A stretch of DNA of 62,655 bases, filler included. It is 3 parts of 3 records of this genome, joined end to end, with 100 filler letters (N's around TTAATTAATTAA, not from the genome) between each part and the next. Parts side by side here need not be neighbours in the genome. Positions count along the whole stretch, not along the records: positions 1 to 26,125 come from SRR31156797_10043; 2 more parts are not named here. One strand, written 5' to 3'. Shown one piece after another: positions 1-10,486 of the stretch. How positions within the stretch are numbered: the first letter of the stretch is position 1; each line of letters begins with the position of its first letter. The notes below the pieces were generated by a model. The model was not told the origin of the DNA. It did not search any database and was given only the letters and a program-made list of their open reading frames with translations. Made by a program: the position numbers and the translations under genes.

Positions 1-71
1 TAAAAATTACGACTTCCGGAGGCTAGTGTTAAATCATGGTAAAATGATTTTAAGGAAACTAATATCAATTT

Positions 72-980
72 TTATGCTTCTATATTTAGGTTTAACCAGT
101 CAATACCCTTTTTTAACCAGGAAAGCGTTTCCTGCTCTGGACTTCCTTCTTCTACTTTAAAATCATATTCCCATTCCGCCATAGGTGGCATACTTACAAG
201 AATTGATTCTGTGTTACCACTGGATTCCAGACCGAACTTAGTTCCCCTGTCGTAAACCAGATTAAACTCAACGTATCTTCCCCTTCGTATATATTGCCAT
301 TTTTGCTGTTGATCAGAATAGGAAGCATTCCGCTTTTTATCCATGATATCGCAATAGATTTGAGGATATGCTAAAGCCAAATCTTTGGTAAAGTTTAAGA
401 ATTGTTCAAAAGCTTCATCACTTTCAGGCTCTACTCTATCGAAGAAAATACCTCCAACTCCTCTTGTTTCCTGTCGATGCTTAATGTAAAAATAGTCATC
501 CGCCCAGGCTTTATAGTCATTATAATAATTGGAATTATAACGATTACAAATATTATTTATCGTTTGATGAAACCACTGTGTTTCTTTTTTATCTAAATAA
601 TGTGGTGTTAAATCAATTCCTCCACCAAACCAATGAATCCCATTATCCAGTTCGAAAAAACGAACATTCATATGAATAATGGGGATAAGTGGGTTATTGG
701 GATGAATAATCGATGAAATCCCAGTTGCCGAATAACGTTTACCTCTAACACCCAATAACTTTTCCATTTTAGGAGAAAACTCTCCTTCAACTTGTGAAAG
801 ATTTAAACCTGCTTTTTCAATCACATTTCCATCCTTCATCACGCAAGTTATTCCAGAACCAATATCTTTACTCCATGGCACTTGTTGAAAAACAGCTTTG
901 CCATCGCCTTCTTCTAACTGACGACACATTTTTTGCTGCAACTCTTTATAAATACCTACAATTCGTTGAGTTCTTTCCAT
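72..980 (-). CDS. hemF: Oxygen-dependent coproporphyrinogen III oxidase
   Basis: Motifs HMNVRFF, WFGGGIDLTP, RGVGGIFFD, RRGRYVEFNLVYDRGTKFGL; last gene of hem cluster. Confidence 0.95.
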   Translation of the reverse strand: MERTQRIVGIYKELQQKMCRQLEEGDGKAVFQQVPWSKDIGSGITCVMKDGNVIEKAGLNLSQVEGEFSPKMEKLLGVRGKRYSATGISSIIHPNNPLIPIIHMNVRFFELDNGIHWFGGGIDLTPHYLDKKETQWFHQTINNICNRYNSNYYNDYKAWADDYFYIKHRQETRGVGGIFFDRVEPESDEAFEQFLNFTKDLALAYPQIYCDIMDKKRNASYSDQQQKWQYIRRGRYVEFNLVYDRGTKFGLESSGNTESILVSMPPMAEWEYDFKVEEGSPEQETLSWLKKGIDWLNLNIEA

Positions 981-997
981 AACAAGAAAATTAGAGG

Positions 998-1324
998 TTA
1001 TTTTGAATTTGTTTCTGCTACCGCATTCTTATCCTTCTTTCTAAAAAATCTTCCAAAGCTTTTCTTCTGAAAATTATAAAAGAATCTAAACTGTCCTAAT
1101 GCTGAACCTATTATTAATAATAAAACCTGATATGATGGAATAATCGTAATGATATACATGGGTATTTTAATCCACAGTGATGTTTCAGAATCAATACCCA
1201 ATAAATCGAAGACTACTTTTTTTACATAAACCGCTGCACTTCCTGTTATTGAAAACACAACCAGAATAATTATCACCTGAAAATTAGACTGTATTCCCCA
1301 TCGTTTTTTTAGCTTACCAAACAT
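998..1324 (-). CDS. Small membrane protein, DUF6787-like
   Basis: KLKKRWGIQSNFQVIIILVVFSITGS and LGQFRFF pattern, two hydrophobic segments; ATG at 1324 chosen over TTG at 1351. Confidence 0.65.
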   Translation of the reverse strand: MFGKLKKRWGIQSNFQVIIILVVFSITGSAAVYVKKVVFDLLGIDSETSLWIKIPMYIITIIPSYQVLLLIIGSALGQFRFFYNFQKKSFGRFFRKKDKNAVAETNSK

Positions 1325-1361
1325 TTCTCTCCTTCTATTCTTAATTTTCAATAAGGAACAA

Positions 1362-2393
1362 CTATCTATTCCAATTTGTTTTCTTTATCCAGTCAGCTAA
1401 AAACTTTGCATTTTCATACGGAATATCCGGCAGAAATCCATGTCCCAGGTTGATTATCCAATTATGGTTTTTACTTCCAAAATCAATATATTTTTGCAAT
1501 GATTGCTCAATTGTAGCTTGATCTGCATATAGCAAGCGAGGATCTATATTCCCTTGTAATCCAATCGCATCATCTACCATATTCCTTGCTACATCAATAG
1601 GCGTTTGCCAATCAATACTTAAGTAATCGCACATTTCCGGTGTTACCTGAGCGATTCCTGTACCTAAATCTTTCGGGAAATAGATAAACGGAATACCTTC
1701 TTCCCTAACCGCTGCTGCAATCCTCTTCACTGATGGAAAAAAGAGCTCTTTATACAATTCAAAAGGAATTAAACCTGCATGTGTTTCAAACAACTGAAAT
1801 ACCTTGATACCATTTTTAATCTGACCTTTAGCGTATATAATAGAAAGCTCGGTAATAGCATCTACCAACTTTTTAATAATATCCTTATGCTGATAAATAT
1901 ATGTGGTAGCTATTGGAAATTCCTTACTACGCCCAATTCCTTGTAACATATAACACAACACTGTTAAAGGAGCTCCGCAAAAGCCAATTAAAGGAATATG
2001 ATCCGGTTTTGTTTTAATTATTTGCTGAATAACCTGATAGATATACTCCAATTTTTCAGGATCCGGATGCAAAGCAGCCAAAGGATCTTTTCTTTCTGCT
2101 AAAGGTACATCAAATTCAGGTCCTCTATCTGTAAATTCAAGCCCCATACCCATGGCATAAGGAATGACTAAAATATCTGAAAATAATATAGCTGCATCTA
2201 CTCCTAAATCGTCAATCGGCAATAACGTTACCTCAGCACCTAATTTAGGATCTTTCATCATATCCCAAAAAGAATACTTTTCTTTCAATTTCATATATGA
2301 TGGCAACACCCTACCTGCCTGACGCATAAACCAAAAAGGAGGTCGTTCCGTCTTCTCTCCTGCCAGTGTTTTTAATAATATTGAATTATCCAT
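1362..2393 (-). CDS. hemE: Uroporphyrinogen decarboxylase
   Basis: PFWFMRQAGR, DAAILFSDIL, LQGNIDP, NLGHG motifs. Confidence 0.96.
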   Translation of the reverse strand: MDNSILLKTLAGEKTERPPFWFMRQAGRVLPSYMKLKEKYSFWDMMKDPKLGAEVTLLPIDDLGVDAAILFSDILVIPYAMGMGLEFTDRGPEFDVPLAERKDPLAALHPDPEKLEYIYQVIQQIIKTKPDHIPLIGFCGAPLTVLCYMLQGIGRSKEFPIATTYIYQHKDIIKKLVDAITELSIIYAKGQIKNGIKVFQLFETHAGLIPFELYKELFFPSVKRIAAAVREEGIPFIYFPKDLGTGIAQVTPEMCDYLSIDWQTPIDVARNMVDDAIGLQGNIDPRLLYADQATIEQSLQKYIDFGSKNHNWIINLGHGFLPDIPYENAKFLADWIKKTNWNR

Positions 2394-2399
2394 TCTTTT

Positions 2400-3692
2400 C
2401 TACAATAACTTTTTAAGTGCATCGTAACTACGATCAATTGTTTCCTGCAAATCTTCTGTTGTATGTGCTAATGAAACAAAACCTGCTTCAAATTGCGATG
2501 GTGCGGTATAAATTCCACTTTCTAATCCTAAGCTAAAATATTTGGCAAATAATTCCGTATCGCATTTCATCACATCACTAAAATTATTTACCTCTTTCTC
2601 TTTGGTAAAGTAAAGTGTAAACATAGAGCCAACTCTATTAATTACTCCGGGAAAACCTAACTCTTCGATATTATTCTGCAATCCATTCACCAAGAATTCA
2701 GATTTCTCTTCAAGTTCCTGATAAATACCTTCTGTTTCATTCAATACTCTTAAAGTAGCCAAACCTGCAGCCATTGCCATAGGATTACCAGATAGAGTTC
2801 CGGCCTGATAAACAGGACCATTTGGAGCTAACATATCCATAATCTCTTTTTTCCCTCCGTAAGCTCCAACCGGAAGTCCTCCTCCGATAACTTTACCAAA
2901 AGTTGTTAAATCCGGAGTAATTCCTAGTATCTCCTGAGCTCCGCCTTTGGCTAAACGAAATCCGGTCATTACTTCATCAAAAATCAACAAAGTCCCATTC
3001 TCAGCACAAGCTTTTCTTACGCCTTTAATAAATTCTTCTGTTGGCTTAACAACACCCATATTTCCAGTTACAGGCTCCAGGATGACAGCTGCAATTTGAT
3101 CTGGGTATTCTGTAAATAAACTTAAAACGGAATCTAAATCATTATACACTGCCGTTAACGTATCGCTGGCTGTTCCTTTTGTAACTCCTGGAGAATTAGG
3201 TGTACCTAAAGTAAGGGCACCTGAACCTGCTTTTATTAAAAAACTATCTCCATGACCATGATAACAACCTTCAAACTTAATTACTAAGTCTCTTTGGGTA
3301 TAACCTCTGGCCAAACGCAATGCACTCATGGTAGCTTCTGTTCCTGAATTAACCATTCTTACACTTTCAGTTGACGGTACCATCTGACAGATTAGTTCCG
3401 CCATTTCGGTTTCCATCAAGGTAGGAGCTCCAAAGCTTGTTCCATCCATAGCCACTTTATTTAAGGCCTCCAAAACTCCATCATAGGCATGCCCTAGAAT
3501 CATTGGTCCCCAACTGGCTACATAATCGATATAGGTATTATCATCAATATCGGTGATTTTTGATCCCTTTGCCTTTTTAATGAATAAAGGATTTCCTCCA
3601 ACTGAGCTAAATGCACGAACAGGAGAATTCACTCCTCCAGGTATATGTTTTACAGCTTGTTTATAAGCTGATATACTTTTATCAATCTTCAT
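2400..3692 (-). CDS. hemL: Glutamate-1-semialdehyde 2,1-aminomutase
   Basis: [43 protein letters not shown] (PLP Lys). Confidence 0.96.
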   Translation of the reverse strand: MKIDKSISAYKQAVKHIPGGVNSPVRAFSSVGGNPLFIKKAKGSKITDIDDNTYIDYVASWGPMILGHAYDGVLEALNKVAMDGTSFGAPTLMETEMAELICQMVPSTESVRMVNSGTEATMSALRLARGYTQRDLVIKFEGCYHGHGDSFLIKAGSGALTLGTPNSPGVTKGTASDTLTAVYNDLDSVLSLFTEYPDQIAAVILEPVTGNMGVVKPTEEFIKGVRKACAENGTLLIFDEVMTGFRLAKGGAQEILGITPDLTTFGKVIGGGLPVGAYGGKKEIMDMLAPNGPVYQAGTLSGNPMAMAAGLATLRVLNETEGIYQELEEKSEFLVNGLQNNIEELGFPGVINRVGSMFTLYFTKEKEVNNFSDVMKCDTELFAKYFSLGLESGIYTAPSQFEAGFVSLAHTTEDLQETIDRSYDALKKLL

Positions 3693-3712
3693 TTTCAAAA
3701 TAAATAGTTGGT

Positions 3713-4681
3713 TTATAATTTGGTTATAACATCCTGTGTGTGGTAAGATATGATCAAATCTGTACCTGCCCTTTTCATCGAAGTAAGAATTTCCAATGTT
3801 ATTCTTTCTTCATCAATCCATCCCTTTTCAGCTGCTGCCTTTACCATAGAAAACTCACCACTCACATTGTAAGCACAGACAGGCATATTAAATTCAGTCT
3901 TTACACGCTGAATAACATCCAAATAGCTCAATGCCGGTTTTACCATAACAATATCAGCCCCTTCAAGAATATCCTGTTCTACCTCACGTATGGCCTCGTT
4001 GGAATTTGCCGGATCCATTTGATATGTTGCTCTGTTACCAAATTGAGGAGCACTTTCTGCTGCGTCTCTAAACGGTCCGTAAAATGCAGACGCATATTTG
4101 GCTGAATAAGCCATGATAGGCATGTTTTGAAACTTATTTTCGTCCAAAGCCTTACGAATATATCCTACACGGCCATCCATCATATCACTTGGAGCAATCA
4201 TATCAACGCCCGCCTGAGCAAGGGATACAGACTGCTTGGCTAATGTCACCAAGGTAGAATCATTATCCACATCTCCATCAATTATAGTCCCACAATGCCC
4301 ATGAGTAGTATATTCACAATTACAAACATCTGCAATAACAAATAATTCTGGCACTTCTTTCTTGATAACTCTGGTTGCCTGCTGTACAATTCCATTATCT
4401 TCACAAGCCACAAGGCCATGCTCATCTTTATGCTCTGGAATCCCAAATAACAGCACAGATTGAACCCCGTCATTATATAAAGCCTTACATTTCTCGACCA
4501 GTTTATCCACAGATAACTGATAGTTACCAGGCATAGAATTGATAGGATTTGCAATTCCTTTACCTGGACGCACAAATAAAGGCATAATTAAATCATTACG
4601 TGTAAGTTGTGTCTCCCGAATCATATTACGGGTTACTTCCGATTGTCGAAGTCTTCTTAATCTTGTAATTGGGAATGCCAT
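3713..4681 (-). CDS. hemB: Porphobilinogen synthase (Zn-binding type)
   Basis: [14 protein letters not shown] Cys cluster, [28 protein letters not shown]. Confidence 0.96.
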   Translation of the reverse strand: MAFPITRLRRLRQSEVTRNMIRETQLTRNDLIMPLFVRPGKGIANPINSMPGNYQLSVDKLVEKCKALYNDGVQSVLLFGIPEHKDEHGLVACEDNGIVQQATRVIKKEVPELFVIADVCNCEYTTHGHCGTIIDGDVDNDSTLVTLAKQSVSLAQAGVDMIAPSDMMDGRVGYIRKALDENKFQNMPIMAYSAKYASAFYGPFRDAAESAPQFGNRATYQMDPANSNEAIREVEQDILEGADIVMVKPALSYLDVIQRVKTEFNMPVCAYNVSGEFSMVKAAAEKGWIDEERITLEILTSMKRAGTDLIISYHTQDVITKL

Positions 4682-4708
4682 AATGAATGTTGTTTATATT
4701 TTGTCAAA

Positions 4709-5500
4709 TTATTTTCTAGTTTCTTTTTGATAGTAATCTAAAATCGCGCTTAATATACCCTTTGCACTAGGTTCTTGTGCTATTGCCAAGGGTTTCACCC
4801 CTCTTTTCACAACTGACTTGGCAGTTGTATCTCCTATACAAACCACTTTTAAATTATCCGAATCAACAATAGAATACAAATTATTAAAAGCTGATGGACT
4901 TGCTAAAATAATCATATCGTATTCCTTGCTTTTAATTTTCTCCAATAATTCTTCATTATAATCATTTGGTCTTGAATTCTCATAGATATCAAGGCGCTTA
5001 ATCAAACCAACTTTCTGCACAGATTCAACCAAATGATTTGGTGATAATTGCCCTGTCGGCCATAATACGCTTACTTTTTGATTATTAATATAATTCAAAA
5101 ATTTATTAGAAAACTCTTCTCCTGTTTTTGCTTTAGCATCAAAATCTATTGTTAAACCAAAATCAGAAATAACCTCTGTCGTTTTATAACCAATGGAAGC
5201 AATCTTAATACCTCCCAGAACTTCTTTTGAAATACCAAGTTTCTTTAATTTAGCTATAAAAAATTCAAAAGCATGTACACTCGTAAATATCACATGCGAA
5301 TATGATGTAAGATTTTCGAATTCTTCATTAAGAGAATCACTACAAACTGCTTGCAATTTGATCATAGGAAACTCAAGTAAACTTCCTTTATACGAGGATA
5401 TCAGATTGGCTAACTCCTTTGCTCTACCAACAGGTCTGGTTGATATAAAGGTTTTTCCGGATAACAACGATGATATTTCCTGAACAGATTTATCAAGCAT
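4709..5500 (-). CDS. hemD: Uroporphyrinogen-III synthase
   Basis: STRP, IFTSVHA, ASIGYKT, ASPSA, CIGDTTA motifs; start overlaps hemC stop (TAATG). Confidence 0.88.
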   Translation of the reverse strand: MLDKSVQEISSLLSGKTFISTRPVGRAKELANLISSYKGSLLEFPMIKLQAVCSDSLNEEFENLTSYSHVIFTSVHAFEFFIAKLKKLGISKEVLGGIKIASIGYKTTEVISDFGLTIDFDAKAKTGEEFSNKFLNYINNQKVSVLWPTGQLSPNHLVESVQKVGLIKRLDIYENSRPNDYNEELLEKIKSKEYDMIILASPSAFNNLYSIVDSDNLKVVCIGDTTAKSVVKRGVKPLAIAQEPSAKGILSAILDYYQKETRK

Positions 5501-6426
5501 TATTTTCTTATTTCATTTAAAATAGTGTTTGCTCCTTGATCGATTAACTTTTCGGCTAGTTGCACTCCTAAATTTTCAGCCTTATCTTGGTTTCCTTTAA
5601 GCGTTTCCTTTAAGTAGTTTTTACCATCCAAGGATGCTACAAAACCAGTCAATTTTAATTCTTCCCCAATCCACTCTGAATAAGCACCAACAGGAACCTG
5701 ACAGCCACCTTCCAAAGTTTTCATAAATGAACGTTCAGCAATTGCCATATCCGCAGTTGGTTTATGATGAATTGCATTTAGAATATTTAATACTCTTTTA
5801 TCTCCGGAACGAACTTCAACTGCAATTGCCCCCTGTGCAACTGCTGGAATAAACTGAGAAGGTTCTAAAATTTCAGTTATATAACTTTCTAAACCCAATC
5901 GTTTTAATCCTGCGGCTGCCATAATCATAGCATCACAGTATCCATCTTCCATTTTTTGAAGACGCGTATTTACATTTCCTCTTATATCTACAATGGTAAA
6001 ATCAGTGTTAATTCTTTTTAATCCAGCAATCCTTCTTAGACTCGAGGTTGCTATTTTATGTTTCTCTGTCAAGTCAGACAGTTTCAAGCCATTTTTACTC
6101 ACCAGACAATCTCTGAAATCTGCTCTTTCAAGCACCGCTCCAACAGCAAATTCAGAAGGTAATGAAGTAGGCAAATCCTTAAGGCTATGCACAGCCATAT
6201 CGATTTCGCTTTCCATAAGCGCAACCTCCAGCTCTTTTGTAAACAATCCTTTATCTCCTATTTTAGATAGTGCTACATCTAAAATTTTATCTCCTTTTGT
6301 TTTGATAATTTTAAGATCAACAGTTAAGTCCTGATATACCTTTTCTAATTCTTCTTTTACTTTATTGGCCTGATATAAAGCCAACTGACTTCCTCTTGTT
6401 CCAATAATAATTTTGTCTTTATTCAT
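5500..6426 (-). CDS. hemC: Hydroxymethylbilane synthase (porphobilinogen deaminase)
   Basis: IGTRGSQLALYQ, KGLFTKELE, AVHSLKDLP, RGNVNTRL, LEGGCQVP; start set at ATG 6426. Confidence 0.96.
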   Translation of the reverse strand: MNKDKIIIGTRGSQLALYQANKVKEELEKVYQDLTVDLKIIKTKGDKILDVALSKIGDKGLFTKELEVALMESEIDMAVHSLKDLPTSLPSEFAVGAVLERADFRDCLVSKNGLKLSDLTEKHKIATSSLRRIAGLKRINTDFTIVDIRGNVNTRLQKMEDGYCDAMIMAAAGLKRLGLESYITEILEPSQFIPAVAQGAIAVEVRSGDKRVLNILNAIHHKPTADMAIAERSFMKTLEGGCQVPVGAYSEWIGEELKLTGFVASLDGKNYLKETLKGNQDKAENLGVQLAEKLIDQGANTILNEIRK

Positions 6427-6439
6427 AGGTATGATATGC

Positions 6440-7702
6440 CTAATTATCAAATTTAAATAATTGATTTATGGCATCTAACGAAACCGTTGAACTGCCATTA
6501 TCGGTTACTTCTTTTAAGTTTCGGATGAGATTTCTAATATACTTTTGAGTCAGAAGTCCTGTGTATTTTTCCAATTGAGCACAAGCATCCTCTCCTAAAT
6601 CCTTCCGGTACTCAGCCAACTCAATTTTACTCAACTCTTCCATACTATTAGTAATTGTATTAATTACCGGACGTAAAGAACGTGAATTTAACCACGACAA
6701 AGAATCCGCAACTAAGTCCTGAATTATCTCAGATGCTCTTTCGATACTTTGCTCACGCATATCTTTATGCTCTTCTAATATTTTTTGAAAGTCATCAACA
6801 CAGTACACATCTGCATTTTCAATTTCCTGAATTTCAATGTCTATATTACGAGGCACAGAAAGATCAATATACACCTGTTGTTGTTGATCACGAAGTTCCA
6901 TCGCCACTTCTACATCATTCTGATCGATTAAATATCTACCTGCATCAGTAGCTGTAACAACAATATCAAACTTATATAACTGCTCTTTATAGTTATTGAA
7001 AAGCACTGGAGTAACACCATTTTTTTCGGCAACATCCAAGGCTTTTTTATCCGTTCTGTTTGTTATATAAATATCAGAAACACCTCTCTTCTTTAACCCT
7101 CTGATTGTTAACTCTCCTGTTTCACCCGCTCCTACAATCAATATACTCTTATCAGAAAACTTAGAAAACAATCGACTACACATATCAATCGCTACATAAC
7201 CTACCGAAGTAGCACCCTGCTGAATAGCAGTTTCTGTACGAACTCTTTTGCTACATTCAAATGATTTTTGAAATAAGCGCATTAAAACAGCATCAGTCAA
7301 GTTTGCTTCTGTGGCAAATAAGTATGCTTTTTTCATTTGGTTTACAATTTGGTTTTCACCAATCACCATTGAATCTATGCCTGAAGTCACCTCAAATAAA
7401 TGTCTTATAGCTTCACTTTGCATGTGATAATAAAAGTGATTACTATAATCTGTATCAAACCCTAAGAAATCATGTATTTTTTTTAAGATGTAATCCTTAA
7501 TTACTACATCCGGATCTCCTTTTTTATCAAATGCAAAATATATTTCAGTTCTGTTGCAAGTAGCCAAAACTACTACTCCAGTAATATTTTGATTTAATAA
7601 TAAAGTTTCGGAAAGTGGAATAATGTCCTCCTGCGTTATAGAAAACTTATCCCTGATGTTTAATGATGCAGTTTTGTGGTTTATTCCCAATACTCCTATC
7701 AT
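6440..7702 (-). CDS. hemA: Glutamyl-tRNA reductase
   Basis: GINHKTA, catalytic TCNRTE, SMVIGENQI, GAGETG, DLSVPRNI. Confidence 0.95.
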   Translation of the reverse strand: MIGVLGINHKTASLNIRDKFSITQEDIIPLSETLLLNQNITGVVVLATCNRTEIYFAFDKKGDPDVVIKDYILKKIHDFLGFDTDYSNHFYYHMQSEAIRHLFEVTSGIDSMVIGENQIVNQMKKAYLFATEANLTDAVLMRLFQKSFECSKRVRTETAIQQGATSVGYVAIDMCSRLFSKFSDKSILIVGAGETGELTIRGLKKRGVSDIYITNRTDKKALDVAEKNGVTPVLFNNYKEQLYKFDIVVTATDAGRYLIDQNDVEVAMELRDQQQQVYIDLSVPRNIDIEIQEIENADVYCVDDFQKILEEHKDMREQSIERASEIIQDLVADSLSWLNSRSLRPVINTITNSMEELSKIELAEYRKDLGEDACAQLEKYTGLLTQKYIRNLIRNLKEVTDNGSSTVSLDAINQLFKFDN

Positions 7703-7748
7703 CCAATCGTATTTTAAGATTATTATTGCTTAATTACTATTCACCAGA

Positions 7749-8105
7749 CTAAGCAACAAAAGGAGGAGGTCGTGATGTTATTCTGAAGTATAATCTCTCT
7801 TTAAATTCGAGTTTATTTCCAAAATTACGTTTAACATTTAGATTTAAAACTGGAATTATATTTAAACATGCACCCTTTTCAGTAATTGCTTTTGACACTG
7901 CAACATCCTCTCCATAGAAATAAGAGTTCTCTTGTACAGAATTCTTATCCTGAAAAAAGTTATCGTTAACATGAAGAACCTTACTTTCTTCTTTTATAGA
8001 TAATTCTTTACTACATTTCTGCATATAGGCACTAAAACCCAAAGCATAAATAGCCGCCAGAATTATATACGTTAAATATGAAGAAAAAAGACCTACAACA
8101 ATCAC
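7749..8105 (-). CDS. Hypothetical leader protein with N-terminal TM segment and C-terminal RPPP
   Basis: 118 aa, GTG start, hydrophobic first ~28 residues, ends SRPPPFVA; promoter motif upstream; 46 nt before hemA. Confidence 0.65.
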   Translation of the reverse strand: MIVVGLFSSYLTYIILAAIYALGFSAYMQKCSKELSIKEESKVLHVNDNFFQDKNSVQENSYFYGEDVAVSKAITEKGACLNIIPVLNLNVKRNFGNKLEFKERLYFRITSRPPPFVA

Positions 8106-8131
8106 TGGTTATCTTTAAAAATAAAACTTGT

Positions 8132-8139
8132 CAAAAGTA
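8132..8139 (-). promoter_or_regulatory. Bacteroidota sigma-A -7 element TACTTTTG for leader ORF/hem operon
   Basis: Matches TAnnTTTG, 26 nt upstream of the GTG at 8105. Confidence 0.6.
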
Positions 8140-8207
8140 ATAAATTACCATCAAATTAAACACTCATAATACATCTGAATAATATAAATTGTTCATTTTG
8201 GTTCAAT

Positions 8208-8237
8208 AAAAAAGCGGATATTACAAACATCCGCTTT
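8208..8237 (-). terminator. Intrinsic terminator after DUF349 gene
   Basis: AAAGCGGAT/ATCCGCTTT inverted repeat with U-tract on minus strand. Confidence 0.7.
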
Positions 8238-8258
8238 CCAATTTAATACTTTTTTCTT

Positions 8259-10268
8259 TTAATCTATGTCATCTAGCATTTTAATTTTTTCCTGCAATAA
8301 TTGAATGCTTTTCTTACCATTTTCAATCTTATGCTCAAAATCTCTAATCAACGAATCTGAGCTTTTACTTTTAGTAAAGAAACCAATGTTATTTTCCCAA
8401 ACTATAATATCGTTTTCAAGTTGCTTAAGCTTATTAAGCAATTTATGTCTTTCCTGAGAAACCATATCATCCTGGTGACCACTTTGCTTTATATTTTCCA
8501 GTCTATTCCTGAACTTTTGAACATTCTTATGATACTCATCCAAGTTTAAGCTATCAAAGTGCTTATTAATCTCATTTCTAAACTCCTGATTAACTTTATC
8601 TTTATCTTTAAATGGCACATGTCCGATCTCATTAAATCTTTTTTGAAAACCTTGCAATGTTTTAAAGGTCTCTTCGTTATCTTCCTTATTAACAAACGAT
8701 TTCACCTCTTCAATTAACTCCAGTTTCTTTTTTAAATTATCTTCTTGAGATTCATCAATATGACTAAAGAACTTAGCTTTATTCTCAAAAAATGCATCAC
8801 ATGCTGTTCTAAATCTATTCCAGATTGCATCAGATTGACGACGAGGAACCGGTCCTACTTTTTTCCACTCCTTCTGAATTCTAATATATTCATTAGTTGT
8901 TTCTTTCCAATCTGTGCTATCTTTCATTGACTCAGCTTTTTCACAAAGTTCAATCTTTAATTCAAGATGTTTCTGCTGTTCTCCTTTATAAGCTTTAAAA
9001 AAATCGCGTTTCTTTTCAAAGAAATTATCACAAGCTGTACGAAAACGCTCATAAATAGTATTATTATCTTTTTTGGGAGCAAAGCCAATCGTTTTCCATG
9101 TCTGCTGAAGTTCAATCAGTTTTTTACTTTTTGCCTCCCACTCCTTTGGATTCGATGGTTGATCCTCAATTATAGATTCAGCTTTCTCGCAAAGATCTGT
9201 TTTTAAACGAAGGTTCTCCTTTAACTGATCTTTAAGCCCTTCAAAATATTCCTGGTGTTTATGATTTATTTTAGTAGTGGCCGCTTTAAAACGCTCCCAC
9301 AATTCATCTTTTTGTTCTTTAGGAACAGGTCCAATTTCGCGCCATCTCTCATGATACTTTTGCAAAGTTTTAAAGCTATTTACAACAGATGATTGTTCAA
9401 TAAGCTCTTCTGCCTTTTCGCAAAGCTCAACCTTCTTTTCTAAGTTCTTTTTTAAATCAAGATCTCTTAACTCCTTATTAATCTTTACATAATTGTAAAA
9501 ATTTTCTATATGTAAGTTGTAAGTATCCCAAATATCACGAACTCTGTTTTGAGGTATTGTTCCTATTTCATGAAAACGTTGCTGAAGAGCCCTGAATTCA
9601 CTAAATGTTTCATTTAACGATTCTTGCCTGTTAATCAGATTTTTAATCGCTTCAATAACCTCTAATTTAGCTTCTAGGTTATTTTCTTTTTCCTGTTCTA
9701 TCTTATGATTAAAAGCTGCTTTTTTTAATCTAAAATCTTTAATCAACTCACTAACTTCAACTTCCAAATGATCCACCGGAGGTGCAAAATTCTCTTCTAC
9801 TTCTCCAGATTCAAGAAAGCTCTTTTTCAGTTTGGCTACTTCTTCGTTGTATAACTTATAAAACGCATTTTTAATATTCTCAACCTCATCTTTTATGATC
9901 GTAACATCAAACGTTTTATTAATATACCTTAATCGTTCAACTAACTCTTCCCTATTTAATTTAGATAAATCTATATTATCCAAAACAGGTTTCTCCTCCT
10001 CCACGCTTGTATCTTCAGCCTCAGCAACAGCAGTTTCTCCTTTCAACTCCTCATCGCTTTCGTTTACAGGTAAACTTTCCTGCTCATTTGTTTGCGACTT
10101 TTCTTCTTCTACAGCATCTGCCTCTTCTTTTAAAGAATTAGAGCTTTCCTCGGAACTCTCTTGAGTTTCTGAAACATTTTCATTAGCCTTATCCCCGGTA
10201 TGATTTGAATTATTTAAATCCATTTCTTCATTACCGGTGTTATTTAGATCTTTTGCTTCCATCAGCAT
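8259..10268 (-). CDS. DUF349 domain protein
   Basis: Acidic N-terminus then repeated WxxIGPVP..LWERF..A...F helical units. Confidence 0.85.
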   Translation of the reverse strand: MLMEAKDLNNTGNEEMDLNNSNHTGDKANENVSETQESSEESSNSLKEEADAVEEEKSQTNEQESLPVNESDEELKGETAVAEAEDTSVEEEKPVLDNIDLSKLNREELVERLRYINKTFDVTIIKDEVENIKNAFYKLYNEEVAKLKKSFLESGEVEENFAPPVDHLEVEVSELIKDFRLKKAAFNHKIEQEKENNLEAKLEVIEAIKNLINRQESLNETFSEFRALQQRFHEIGTIPQNRVRDIWDTYNLHIENFYNYVKINKELRDLDLKKNLEKKVELCEKAEELIEQSSVVNSFKTLQKYHERWREIGPVPKEQKDELWERFKAATTKINHKHQEYFEGLKDQLKENLRLKTDLCEKAESIIEDQPSNPKEWEAKSKKLIELQQTWKTIGFAPKKDNNTIYERFRTACDNFFEKKRDFFKAYKGEQQKHLELKIELCEKAESMKDSTDWKETTNEYIRIQKEWKKVGPVPRRQSDAIWNRFRTACDAFFENKAKFFSHIDESQEDNLKKKLELIEEVKSFVNKEDNEETFKTLQGFQKRFNEIGHVPFKDKDKVNQEFRNEINKHFDSLNLDEYHKNVQKFRNRLENIKQSGHQDDMVSQERHKLLNKLKQLENDIIVWENNIGFFTKSKSSDSLIRDFEHKIENGKKSIQLLQEKIKMLDDID

Positions 10269-10457
10269 TTAAGTTCGTGGTACATTAATTTCAGAGTTAC
10301 CCCCAAAAAATATTGATTAATTATTGTACGAATATATCATATATACACAAATTGTCAAATTTTTTAAAGCATTTAATAGATTATAAAATACAGGATATTG
10401 GCCTTAAATAACAATTCTTTTAATTTTCTTTAATTAAGACTAGAAATTCGAAATCAT

Positions 10458-10465
10458 TATATTTG
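10458..10465 (+). promoter_or_regulatory. Bacteroidota -7 element TATATTTG for trmD
   Basis: TAnnTTTG 21 nt upstream of ATG 10487. Confidence 0.65.
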
Positions 10466-10486
10466 CGTTCCAAAAATTCAGGTAAA

